Origin: an uncultured Deinococcales bacterium
GTDB taxonomy: Bacteria; Deinococcota; Deinococci; Deinococcales; JAAFIG01
Direction: 5' to 3'
Length of the DNA stretch: 17,139 nt
Assembly: GCA_964247135.1 (NCBI GenBank)
Contig: CAXTTL010000094.1
Span: 1 to 17,139 of the forward strand
Shown here: positions 1-7,697 of the stretch, in pieces
Layout of the letters: each line of letters opens with the position of its first letter
Numbering within the stretch: the stretch's first letter is position 1
Made by a program: the position numbers and the translations under genes
Notes under the pieces: generated by a model
Databases searched by the model: none
Told to the model about the DNA's origin: nothing
The model's input: only the letters and a program-made list of their open reading frames with translations

Positions 1-789
1 CGCATGAGGCTGCTCGAGAAATGCTTGCACGCACTCGAGCTTCAAACCTGGCACGAGTTTGAGGTGATTGTTGCCGTCGATGGCAGCACGGACGGCACAT
101 TGGCGCTGCTCGAGGCGGTCAAGCACAGAAAGCCTTTTGCCTTGACGGTGCTCTCGCAAACCCAAGCCGGACGTTCCGCCGCCCGCAATGCCGCCATGAA
201 AGCCGCAAGCGGCGAGATATTGCTGCTCTGCGATGACGATTTGCAACTCGATCCCGAAACCCTGGCGCGACACCATGCCTTCCATGAAGTTTTCAAAAAC
301 AATGTTGCGATTGCCGCCGTGCGCTTCCCAGACGGCGTGACGCGCTTTCCGACGCGCCCAGGTTGGATGAATTTCTCGGGTTGCAACGCCAGCCTGCCAA
401 GACTTGCCGCGCTCGAGGTGGGATTGTTCGACGAAAGCCTCGGCGGTTACGGCGGCGAAGACCTCGAGTTTGGTCTGAGGCTCGAGCGGCACGGACTGAA
501 GTTTAAAGCTTTGGCGGATGCGGGCGCATATCACGACGGAACCCGAGTGCCAAATTCTGAAAAAGCCTATTCGGCTGGGAGGCAAGCCGTACAGATTGCC
601 CACAAGTACGGAACGGCGGTGGCATTGCAACTGGGGGTGAACCAAACCCTGCTGACCGCCAAACGCGCGGTCTTAAATCCTATCGGCGATGCGATTTTGG
701 GCAAAGACCCCAATTACGCCTTTGAACGCGTCTACCTGAAGGGTGCTCGAGATGCCTGGAAGGAACTCGAGGAGGCGACTCCACCTTGA
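1..789 (+). CDS. Glycosyltransferase family 2 (GT-A fold), probably 5'-truncated by the window edge
   Basis: FEVIVAVDGSTDGT, GRSAARN, LLLCDDD (DxD), FDESLGGYGGEDLEFGLRL motifs. The frame is open to base 1 and the usual first beta-strand (SVIIPTxN) is missing, so the true start is likely upstream. Confidence 0.9.
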   Translation, partial: RMRLLEKCLHALELQTWHEFEVIVAVDGSTDGTLALLEAVKHRKPFALTVLSQTQAGRSAARNAAMKAASGEILLLCDDDLQLDPETLARHHAFHEVFKNNVAIAAVRFPDGVTRFPTRPGWMNFSGCNASLPRLAALEVGLFDESLGGYGGEDLEFGLRLERHGLKFKALADAGAYHDGTRVPNSEKAYSAGRQAVQIAHKYGTAVALQLGVNQTLLTAKRAVLNPIGDAILGKDPNYAFERVYLKGARDAWKELEEATPP

Positions 790-844
790 TTTCATATCCA
801 GCCAATAGCGTGAATCTAATCTCGAGTGGCAAAAGGAGTTGAAC

Positions 845-1405
845 GTGCAAAGAAACGAACCGATGATTGACGAATCCCAAGACAATCCCGCGCTTGCCAA
901 TGTGATCGAAAAAAACATTCGCACCATGATTGGCTTGCGAATCAAAACCGCCTCCGAGCGCACCATGCAAGACCGCATCGCGGATGGCATCACCGATTTT
1001 GCGGGGCATCTCAAATTCGTTTACATCCACGTCATCTGGTTTGGTGCCTGGATTTTGATCAATACTGGAAAGTTGGGTTTCAAACCCTTTGACCCGTTTC
1101 CGTATGGCTTATTAACCATGATCGTCTCGCTTGAGGCGATTTTTCTATCGACCTTTGTGATGATCTCACAAAATCGCATGAGCGACGACGCCGAACGCCG
1201 CGCCAACCTGCATTTGCATATTGGATTGCTGACCGAACACGAAACCACCCGAATTTTGCAGATGCTCGACGCGATTCAGGATAAGCTTGGCATCGACAAC
1301 GATTCTGACAGCGAACTTGCCGACCTCGAGATGGAAACCAAACCCGAGGACGTGCTTGCCGAGATTGAACGCCTGCAAAAACGTGCAACCCATAAAAAGC
1401 TTTAA
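845..1405 (+). CDS. DUF1003-family membrane protein
   Basis: DRIAD..TDFAG, hydrophobic helix, FDPFPYGLLTMIVSLEAIFLSTFVMISQNR signature. The GTG at 845 is chosen because AAGGAG (833-838) lies 6 nt upstream; alternatives are 839 and 863. Confidence 0.88.
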   Translation: MQRNEPMIDESQDNPALANVIEKNIRTMIGLRIKTASERTMQDRIADGITDFAGHLKFVYIHVIWFGAWILINTGKLGFKPFDPFPYGLLTMIVSLEAIFLSTFVMISQNRMSDDAERRANLHLHIGLLTEHETTRILQMLDAIQDKLGIDNDSDSELADLEMETKPEDVLAEIERLQKRATHKKL

Positions 1406-2031
1406 AACACGCGCAAGTTCATCATCATCACAAAATGCGAGATGCTGCCCGCGATCACAAAACCGTGCCAGATTTCGTGCGCACCAACCAAACCTCTTTT
1501 CGGTTTTCGTGACGCGTAAAACGGCACGCCAAAGGTGTACATCAGACCGCCGATGACCATAGCCACAATCGCGGTCATCGGGAATCTCGAGAGAAACTGT
1601 GGCAGCAAGACCACGCCAAACCAGCCCATTAAAACGTAAAACGTGACCGACAACCACTCTGGCGGCAAGGTCAGGCTTTTGATCAACACGCCAACCAGTG
1701 ACAGCGACCAAATGGCAACCAGCACAATGTCGCGCCAGGGTTGCTCGAGTCCAGTCCAAACAATTGGCGTGTAGGTTCCCGCAATCATCACGTAAATCGC
1801 GGCATGGTCAAAACGTCGTAAGCCCTCCTCGAGTTTTGGGCTGCCTTTGACGCCGTGATGAAGTGCACTTGCCAGGTACACCAGCATCATGCTCGAGCCG
1901 AAAACCAGAAACGCCCAGTGCAAACCGGTTTTCCACGCCAAGATCAGGGTAAAAGCGAACGCCATGAAAAACCCCGCACCGTGGGTCAGGGCGTTGATCG
2001 GTTCGCGTAAAGATTGAAAAAATCGTGCCAC
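1402..2031 (-). CDS. Hemolysin III / PAQR (TrhA-like) membrane protein
   Basis: EPINALTH, SALHH, RRFDHAAIYVMIAGTYTP, YVLMGW, GGLMYTFG, HEIWHGFVIAGSISH motifs; about 7 hydrophobic segments. Its stop overlaps the DUF1003 stop (TTAA). Confidence 0.93.
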   Translation of the reverse strand: MARFFQSLREPINALTHGAGFFMAFAFTLILAWKTGLHWAFLVFGSSMMLVYLASALHHGVKGSPKLEEGLRRFDHAAIYVMIAGTYTPIVWTGLEQPWRDIVLVAIWSLSLVGVLIKSLTLPPEWLSVTFYVLMGWFGVVLLPQFLSRFPMTAIVAMVIGGLMYTFGVPFYASRKPKRGLVGAHEIWHGFVIAGSISHFVMMMNLRVF

Positions 2032-2036
2032 AAGCC

Positions 2037-2042
2037 AGCTTA
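2037..2042 (-). promoter_or_regulatory. Putative -10 (TAAGCT) of a leaderless hemolysin-III transcript
   Basis: TAnnnT 5 nt upstream of the GTG start; no SD sequence. Confidence 0.5.
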
Positions 2043-2118
2043 AAGCGCTTTGATGAGCATTCTCGAGGGTGGGGTTTTGTGCTCAGCTTCCCTGGTTGTG
2101 GTGCTCGAGCTTTCGCGC

Positions 2119-2124
2119 TAGCAT
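2119..2124 (+). promoter_or_regulatory. Putative -10 (TAGCAT) of a leaderless DUF433 transcript
   Basis: TAnnnT 7 nt upstream of ATG 2132. Confidence 0.55.
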
Positions 2125-2131
2125 TAAAGGC

Positions 2132-2413
2132 ATGTCTGATCTGGTCACAGAAAATCATGGTAATGAGCCGTACTCATATTACCCAATGGGCGAATACGTC
2201 GTGCGTGCTCCTGGCATATGCGGCGGCAGACCCACTTTCAAACACACCCGCATCGAAATCACGGGGGCGTTGGCGCGTCTTGCCAGTGGTGAAACGCTCG
2301 AGGCTGTGGTTTCGGGTTATGCAGGACGTGTGACCCGTGAAGCGGTGCTTGAAGCCAGTGAAATCATGGCTCGAGAATTCCTGAGCCATCTGCCAAAACT
2401 ACAAGCCGCGTGA
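2132..2413 (+). CDS. DUF433-family protein (VapB45-like putative antitoxin)
   Basis: PGICGGRPTFKHTRI...LASGETLEAVVSGY...VTREAVLEA is the DUF433 pattern. ATG 2132 is preferred over GTG 2069 because of the -10 element. Confidence 0.88.
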   Translation: MSDLVTENHGNEPYSYYPMGEYVVRAPGICGGRPTFKHTRIEITGALARLASGETLEAVVSGYAGRVTREAVLEASEIMAREFLSHLPKLQAA

Positions 2414-2805
2414 TTGTTCTCGATGAGCAGTTGCTTGGACGCAACCTCGAGCGTCTGATTGGGGCGTGGTATCCAGGCGCGGTGCGGTTTATCACCGAAC
2501 TTCGGGCGGGTACGGTCATCAAAGACGATGCGATTCCTGGTATTTTGCGCCTCGAGCGCGAGGCAACTTTTGTGACCATCAACGAATCTGATTTCTGGGA
2601 GGTGGTGGATATCACCAACGATTTTTGTGTGGTGTGTTTTGCTCTGCCAGATTCGCAAGTTTTGCTTGTTCCAGATTTGTTGCGCCAGGTGCTCAACCAT
2701 CCAAGATTTAGCACCAAAGCTTTGCGAATGGGTTGCGTGATTCGGGTCTCCAAGAACACTTTCTCGTATTACACCGCAAGCCAGCGAACACCTCAAACCC
2801 CATAG
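2410..2805 (+). CDS. PIN-like domain protein (DUF5615/VapC45-like putative toxin)
   Basis: MIVLDEQL start, DDAI, FVTINESDF acidic motifs; GTGA overlap with DUF433, the usual partner arrangement. Confidence 0.72.
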   Translation: MIVLDEQLLGRNLERLIGAWYPGAVRFITELRAGTVIKDDAIPGILRLEREATFVTINESDFWEVVDITNDFCVVCFALPDSQVLLVPDLLRQVLNHPRFSTKALRMGCVIRVSKNTFSYYTASQRTPQTP

Positions 2806-2941
2806 AATTCTGGAAGCTCGAGCCAAACTCAAGTTTGAAACGTTAGACTCGAGAACCTCGTATCTGACTTGAGTTGCTATTCTTGCGCTCGAGAATCGGT
2901 AGAATCTCGAGGCGAGAGAAAATGCCGAAAAAGATGAACCA

Positions 2942-5900
2942 ATGAACACCTGCGCGTACTGCTTGACCCCAATTCCACCTCACGCCAGCAGTTGCGGGTC
3001 GTGCGGAATGCCCGTCGCTGGCGGACTGCATTTGAAAGCAGGAACGACGGTCGGGGCTGGGCGTTACCGTTTGGACGCCGCCCTTGGACGCGGCGGTTTT
3101 GGTCTGACCTACAGGGGCTTTGACCGTCAACAAAACCGTGTGGTCGCCATCAAAGAACTCTTCCTGGACGGTTCGGTGCGCCGTGAAACCAAGGTGATTC
3201 CACCCGGTAGCCTCAAACCAACGGACTTTGATGCAGCTCGGGTTTCGTTTTTGAACGAAGCCCGCACGATGGCAAGATTCTCGCACTCGAGCATCGTGGG
3301 TGTGCTGGACACGTTTGAAGAGAACAACACGGCGTACATGGTCATGGAATTTGTTGAGGGCGAAAGCCTGGGGGATCGTTTGATCCGCAGCAAAACCCTC
3401 GAGCCTGCCGAAGTCGAACGGATCGGCATTGCCGTGAGTGAGGGCTTGGCGATTGTTCACAGCGCGAATTTGCTGCACCGCGACATCAAACCCGACAACA
3501 TTTTGCTGCGCAACGACGGACGCGTGATCTTGATCGATTTTGGTTCGGCACGCGATTTTAGCCTCGGGCAGCAAGTCCAACACACGCGATTGGTCACGCC
3601 AGGTTATGCGCCCCTCGAGCAATACCAAAGCCAAGGACGTTTTGGACCGTACACCGATGTTTACGCGCTCGGGGCGACCCTGTACCACGCCCTGACGGGG
3701 GTTTTGCCAGCCTCGAGTTTGGACCGCGCGGCACTGAGTGTTTCCAAGGGCAACAAAGCCACGCTCGAGTCACCCAGAATCTTGCAACCCAGCGTGTCGG
3801 TGGCGCTCGAAAAAGCGATTTTGTGGGCGCTCGAGATTCGGATCGATGCGCGACCTCAGACGGCGTTGGCATTTCAGGAAGCCTTGCTGGGCAACAAACC
3901 CCGCAAGACGGCGCAAAAACCTGTGGCGGTCAATGTTCCGCTCAGTACGCCAAACCTTGATCTGGCAAAACAAAAACTCATGCTGCTCGAGGATGGTTTA
4001 AAACCCATTTCAAACGTTTGGATTTGTCCATCGTGCCGCACGGGTCAGATGCTCGAGGTGAAACCCTCTGACAACTGTCCAGTCTGTCAAAAACCTGGCA
4101 TGAAATTTCCCGATGCGGCGCAAAAACCGTGCTGCCCAGATTGTGCGCAGCCGAGTTTGGAAATGATGGTCAGTAGCCATTACTCGAGAAGCCATTTTTA
4201 CTTTTATCAACAACTGGGTTTAAACATCAACGAGATCGCGCCTGCCCAAACCCTCCAATGCCCAGCCTGCGAAAAAGGCGAGTTAAAACCGCCCAAACCC
4301 GTGACCAGCCTCATCTGTCCATCTTGCCGAGGTCGGACGCTCGAGAATCGCGTGCCGAACCGCCGACTCTGCCCGCATTGCCGCACCGGAAACCTCGAGG
4401 CGTTCAACACCGATCAGGCGTGCTGCCCGAATTGCAAGGTTGGACGCATCACGCAAACCAGCAAACGCAAATTTGTGTTCATACTCGAGCACCGCGCCAA
4501 TTGCGACCACTGCGACGCGACTTGGGACACGCAAAATTCACACTGGAAATTATTAACAGCCACGGGTGAACTGGCGGACCAAATTGGCTCGAGTCACACC
4601 CCAGAAACTTGGGAAGAGATGTCGGGACGTGAACGAACTGGCGTGGTCTGCAACCATTGTCACAGCGAATTTGACCAGCAAAACGATGGGCGTTTGAAAT
4701 TCGGTTACAGCCTCGAGAAAACCCCATTGCTGCACAAAACCATGACCGCGCTCGAGTGGGCAAAACTCGCGCACCGCATCGCGCCGCACCGTGGCACACA
4801 ACACTGCCCGGATTGCAGCTCCGAATTTGACCTCGACGCCGGCAACATGACCTTGCTCTCGAGTCCTTTATTGCGTGACCAAATCGGTCAAACCCATCCG
4901 CTCGAGGCTTGGAAACGACTGGCGTCGGGCAAACGCAGCATCAACGACGGGGTGCTGTGCGAAACTTGCAACGCCGAATGGGATTGGGTAGGCACCGCAA
5001 ACCTGGGCGAACGAATGCTGAAACTGATTCATGCTGGGCGCAGCCAAAGCCAACTGCCCTTGGGTTTTACGGTCAGCACCGATTACAGCGTCTTCAAAAA
5101 GGCTGGCAAAAACACTGGACTCGAGGGAATGGTCTGCAAAAATTGTGCCTCCGAATGGGACGAAACCGCGCCCAAAGTCTTCACGCAAACCAGGGTGCGC
5201 GGCGCAAAAATGCTGGCAGCCACGCCAAGCATGGGCATTGAACGCCTGCTGGCGCTGGGGCAATCAAAGGCAATGGGACGCAAAACCGCCAGCGTTCCAG
5301 GTCCAACCTGCCCCCACTGCGCCTCGGAATGGGTGGTGCAAGGACAAAACTGGGAACTCGTCTCGAGTTTCAAAAGCGCCCTGGTCGGAATGCAACTTCC
5401 AGCCGAGGCTTGGCGTTACCTGGCGGCGGGCAAACAACACGCCAACGCCGGCGTGAAATGTAACACTTGCGCCACCGAACTTGATCTTAAAAATTCGAGT
5501 TACACGCTTGGGAATGTGAGCCGCAGCAAAGACGATTGGATGCGTTTTGCGATTGGAAAACCACTTGCGGCTGATGTTGCGCAACTCAAACTCGAGGGTG
5601 AACAAGCATTTTTGAAAGCCATCGAAAATGCCGAATGGCAGCAAGTGACATCAGTTTTCCCACGGGTTTTGGGCAAAAACGAAAAAGTGTTGTTTGTGCT
5701 CGAGGCACTCCTTGGTCAAAAAGATGGCTTGGAGTACATCCCAGGAAGTTTAGGACAGGCTTGGTTTACAACCCAACGAATCTTGTTTGAAAATGGCAGT
5801 TTGATTCGAGATGTTGAGATTCTGATTGACAAACTTAATCACATCAATACCACTCACACGTCTTTTTACATTCAAGCAAATAATTACCAAACCCTTTGCC

Positions 5901-6064
5901 GAATTTGGCTCGAGCGCAAGGACCGCAAACGTCCAATCGTGTTGTTCTGCGGCAATTTCGACGTGACACTCTCAAGCGGCGCTGCCAAACTTGAAGTCAG
6001 CATCGGACCAAAGCAACTCGAGCAACTCCTGACAAACTTGCAATCTCGAGTCCTCAACCCGTAA
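2942..6064 (+). CDS. Hanks-type Ser/Thr protein kinase with N-terminal zinc ribbon, 14 C-terminal CxxC motifs and a PH-like C-terminus
   Basis: GRGGFG, VAIKE, HRDIKPDN, DFG, GYAPLE, DVYALG motifs; N-terminal CAYC...CGSC; 14 further CxxC; C-terminal LGKNEKVLF...GQAWFTTQRILF resembles bacterial PH/GRAM-like domains. No signal peptide or TM helix seen. Confidence 0.93.
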   Translation: MNTCAYCLTPIPPHASSCGSCGMPVAGGLHLKAGTTVGAGRYRLDAALGRGGFGLTYRGFDRQQNRVVAIKELFLDGSVRRETKVIPPGSLKPTDFDAARVSFLNEARTMARFSHSSIVGVLDTFEENNTAYMVMEFVEGESLGDRLIRSKTLEPAEVERIGIAVSEGLAIVHSANLLHRDIKPDNILLRNDGRVILIDFGSARDFSLGQQVQHTRLVTPGYAPLEQYQSQGRFGPYTDVYALGATLYHALTGVLPASSLDRAALSVSKGNKATLESPRILQPSVSVALEKAILWALEIRIDARPQTALAFQEALLGNKPRKTAQKPVAVNVPLSTPNLDLAKQKLMLLEDGLKPISNVWICPSCRTGQMLEVKPSDNCPVCQKPGMKFPDAAQKPCCPDCAQPSLEMMVSSHYSRSHFYFYQQLGLNINEIAPAQTLQCPACEKGELKPPKPVTSLICPSCRGRTLENRVPNRRLCPHCRTGNLEAFNTDQACCPNCKVGRITQTSKRKFVFILEHRANCDHCDATWDTQNSHWKLLTATGELADQIGSSHTPETWEEMSGRERTGVVCNHCHSEFDQQNDGRLKFGYSLEKTPLLHKTMTALEWAKLAHRIAPHRGTQHCPDCSSEFDLDAGNMTLLSSPLLRDQIGQTHPLEAWKRLASGKRSINDGVLCETCNAEWDWVGTANLGERMLKLIHAGRSQSQLPLGFTVSTDYSVFKKAGKNTGLEGMVCKNCASEWDETAPKVFTQTRVRGAKMLAATPSMGIERLLALGQSKAMGRKTASVPGPTCPHCASEWVVQGQNWELVSSFKSALVGMQLPAEAWRYLAAGKQHANAGVKCNTCATELDLKNSSYTLGNVSRSKDDWMRFAIGKPLAADVAQLKLEGEQAFLKAIENAEWQQVTSVFPRVLGKNEKVLFVLEALLGQKDGLEYIPGSLGQAWFTTQRILFENGSLIRDVEILIDKLNHINTTHTSFYIQANNYQTLCRIWLERKDRKRPIVLFCGNFDVTLSSGAAKLEVSIGPKQLEQLLTNLQSRVLNP
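4502..5560 (+). repeat. Seven tandem protein repeats of about 50-60 aa (last one shorter) inside the kinase CDS
   Basis: Unit: CxxC-x-[SAT]-[ET]-[WFL]-D ... [WLM]xL ... G.T/S...E.W..LA.GK ... G. Heads are CDHCDATWD, CNHCHSEFD, CPDCSSEFD, CETCNAEWD, CKNCASEWD, CPHCASEWV, CNTCATELD. Confidence 0.85.
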
Positions 6065-6078
6065 AATCTTTGACGTGG

Positions 6079-6084
6079 TAGATT
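6079..6084 (+). promoter_or_regulatory. Putative -10 (TAGATT) of a leaderless fabI transcript
   Basis: TG-n-TAGATT (extended -10), then 6 nt, then ATG 6091; no SD sequence. Confidence 0.65.
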
Positions 6085-6090
6085 GCAAGC

Positions 6091-6882
6091 ATGATTTCAA
6101 TTGACCTTAAGGGAAAAGTAGCCCTGATCGCCGGCGTTCAAAACGAGTACAGCCTAGGCTGGGCGGCGGGCAAGAAACTCTTGGAGGCGGGCGCGACCTG
6201 TATTTTCTCGTTTCAAGGCGAACGCAACCTTCCCGCGCTCGAGAAGCTGACCGCACCCTACAAAGACCAAATTGCGTTTTTGGAAGTCTGCGATGTCAGC
6301 AAAGACGAAGACCTGACCAAATTGTTTGACCGCATCAAAACCGTTTGCGGCAAAATTGATTACCTGATGCACGCCATCGCGTTCACACCAAGGGCGAGCC
6401 AGGAAAATCCGTTTCTCGAGACGACCCGCAACGACTGGCAGATTGCGCTCGACATCAGCGCCTACAGCCTGGTGGCACTGACCCAACACGCCGCGCCCTT
6501 GATGGGTGAAGGCTCGAGCATCGTGTGCCTGTCGTATTACGCCGCCGAAAAAGTCGTGGCGCGATACAACGTCATGGGCGTCGCCAAAAGCGCCCTCGAA
6601 GCCAGCGCACGCTACCTGGCTTACGATTTGGGCATGAAAGGCATTCGGGTCAACGTCGTCTCGCCAGGACCGATGCGCACCGTCGCCGCCAAAAGTATTC
6701 CAGGTTTTTCGTTGATGTTTGAAAAAGCCGCCAAGGTCGCCGCGATGGGACGCAACGCCAGCTTTGAAGAGGTCGGGAACACCTGCCTGTACCTGTTCAG
6801 CCCACTCTCGAGCGGCACGACGGGCGAAACGATTTATGTCGATGCAGGTTACAGCATTATGGGCATGGCGATGGACAGTTGA
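6091..6882 (+). CDS. fabI: Enoyl-ACP reductase FabI
   Basis: LKGKVALIAGV.N..SLGW, CDVS, HAIAF, ISAYSL, YNVMGVAKSALE catalytic Y..M...K, GIRVNVVSPGP, TGETIYVDAG. Confidence 0.96.
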   Translation: MISIDLKGKVALIAGVQNEYSLGWAAGKKLLEAGATCIFSFQGERNLPALEKLTAPYKDQIAFLEVCDVSKDEDLTKLFDRIKTVCGKIDYLMHAIAFTPRASQENPFLETTRNDWQIALDISAYSLVALTQHAAPLMGEGSSIVCLSYYAAEKVVARYNVMGVAKSALEASARYLAYDLGMKGIRVNVVSPGPMRTVAAKSIPGFSLMFEKAAKVAAMGRNASFEEVGNTCLYLFSPLSSGTTGETIYVDAGYSIMGMAMDS

Positions 6883-6947
6883 GGGGAACTACTTCCCTCT
6901 CATCCCCGACCCGTCTTGGTTTCAAGATGCACCTGCGGGCGAAACCG

Positions 6948-6975
6948 CTTCTCTCCTCGGAGAGAAGGGAGTTTT
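6948..6975 (+). terminator. Putative intrinsic terminator of fabI, part of a REP-like palindrome
   Basis: CTTCTCTC-ctcg-GAGAGAAG 8-bp stem followed by ggagTTTT. Confidence 0.5.
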
Positions 6976-7032
6976 ATTGCTTTACACGTGCGGCTCGAGG
7001 AATTTTCACTGTCCCAAAGTGAAGTTGCCATG

Positions 7033-7066
7033 AAAAGAAAAAGCTCGAGATTTTAGATTCTCGAGC
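7033..7066 (-). terminator. Intrinsic terminator of the beta-barrel gene, built from two CTCGAG sites
   Basis: GCTCGAGA (7043-7050) / TCTCGAGC (7059-7066) stem; on the minus strand it is followed by TTTTTCTTTT. Confidence 0.75.
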
Positions 7067-7090
7067 CTCTTGTTTGATCTTGACTGTGGT

Positions 7091-7585
7091 TTAGATTTTG
7101 AAATCTGCACCGAGCGACAGCGTAAAAGCGCTGGCAGTGGCGTTGCCACCAAAGTACAAACGACCTGCCAAGTTAATGCCCAACGGTCCAAAAACCGTGT
7201 ACCTCGCACCACCGCCAAGATAAACGCTGGTGCTGCCCGTCGAGAAATCAAACAAACTGCCAGCCGTCAGACGCTCGAGTCCAGCTTCTGCACGGAAGCT
7301 GATAGGCAAGAATGGCACTGGAATGTCACGCAGCACCGCACCAACGCGGAAAAACGATTGGTTGTCGCCGCGCAGTGCAAAGGGCGTGACTTCGACACCG
7401 ATGGTTCCCAGACCGAGCGGCAGGTTGTAACCCGCACCGACGTGCAGGCTGGCGTAAATGCCCGCGCCGCCCGAGAACGGCAGTTCGGCGTTGACACCGC
7501 CCCAAATGCTTTGCGCACCGGCGACGGGGAACAGGGCGATGATCAGCATCGGGATCAATCTTTTGAGCCATTGTTGTAATTTCAT
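7091..7585 (-). CDS. Small outer-membrane beta-barrel protein (about 8 strands) with Sec signal peptide
   Basis: GGAGG SD 5 nt upstream; MKLQQWLKRLIPMLIIALFPVAGA|Q signal peptide; alternating Gly/aromatic strands (VYLGGGARYT, LSLGADFKI C-terminus). Confidence 0.75.
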   Translation of the reverse strand: MKLQQWLKRLIPMLIIALFPVAGAQSIWGGVNAELPFSGGAGIYASLHVGAGYNLPLGLGTIGVEVTPFALRGDNQSFFRVGAVLRDIPVPFLPISFRAEAGLERLTAGSLFDFSTGSTSVYLGGGARYTVFGPLGINLAGRLYFGGNATASAFTLSLGADFKI

Positions 7586-7697
7586 AAAAACCTCCAGCCT
7601 GCACTATGACATCCAAATTGGCTTTTCGGGTGATAAATCCCGCGTCAGAATGAACGCCAATGCCCGAGAAGCGCTTCCAACTGCGGGTTAGCCTGTT

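Noticed and set aside
2922-2945. Micro-uORFs ending in ATGA overlaps (MPKKMNQ before the kinase; MSLELSFYISFLGFGA at 10465-10415 before PHP)
   Set aside because: Any ATG-A start creates such a stop; neither has a convincing SD or leaderless spacing.
4025-5470. Kinase Cys motifs as multiheme cytochrome c (CxxCH) or DnaJ (CxxCxGxG) repeats
   Set aside because: Only one CxxCH occurs (CNHCH), there is no export signal, and the GxG pattern is absent.
6884-6972. tRNA or riboswitch in the cloverleaf-like region after fabI
   Set aside because: No T-loop (GTTCRA), D-loop or CCA; its 3' position between convergent genes is wrong for a riboswitch.
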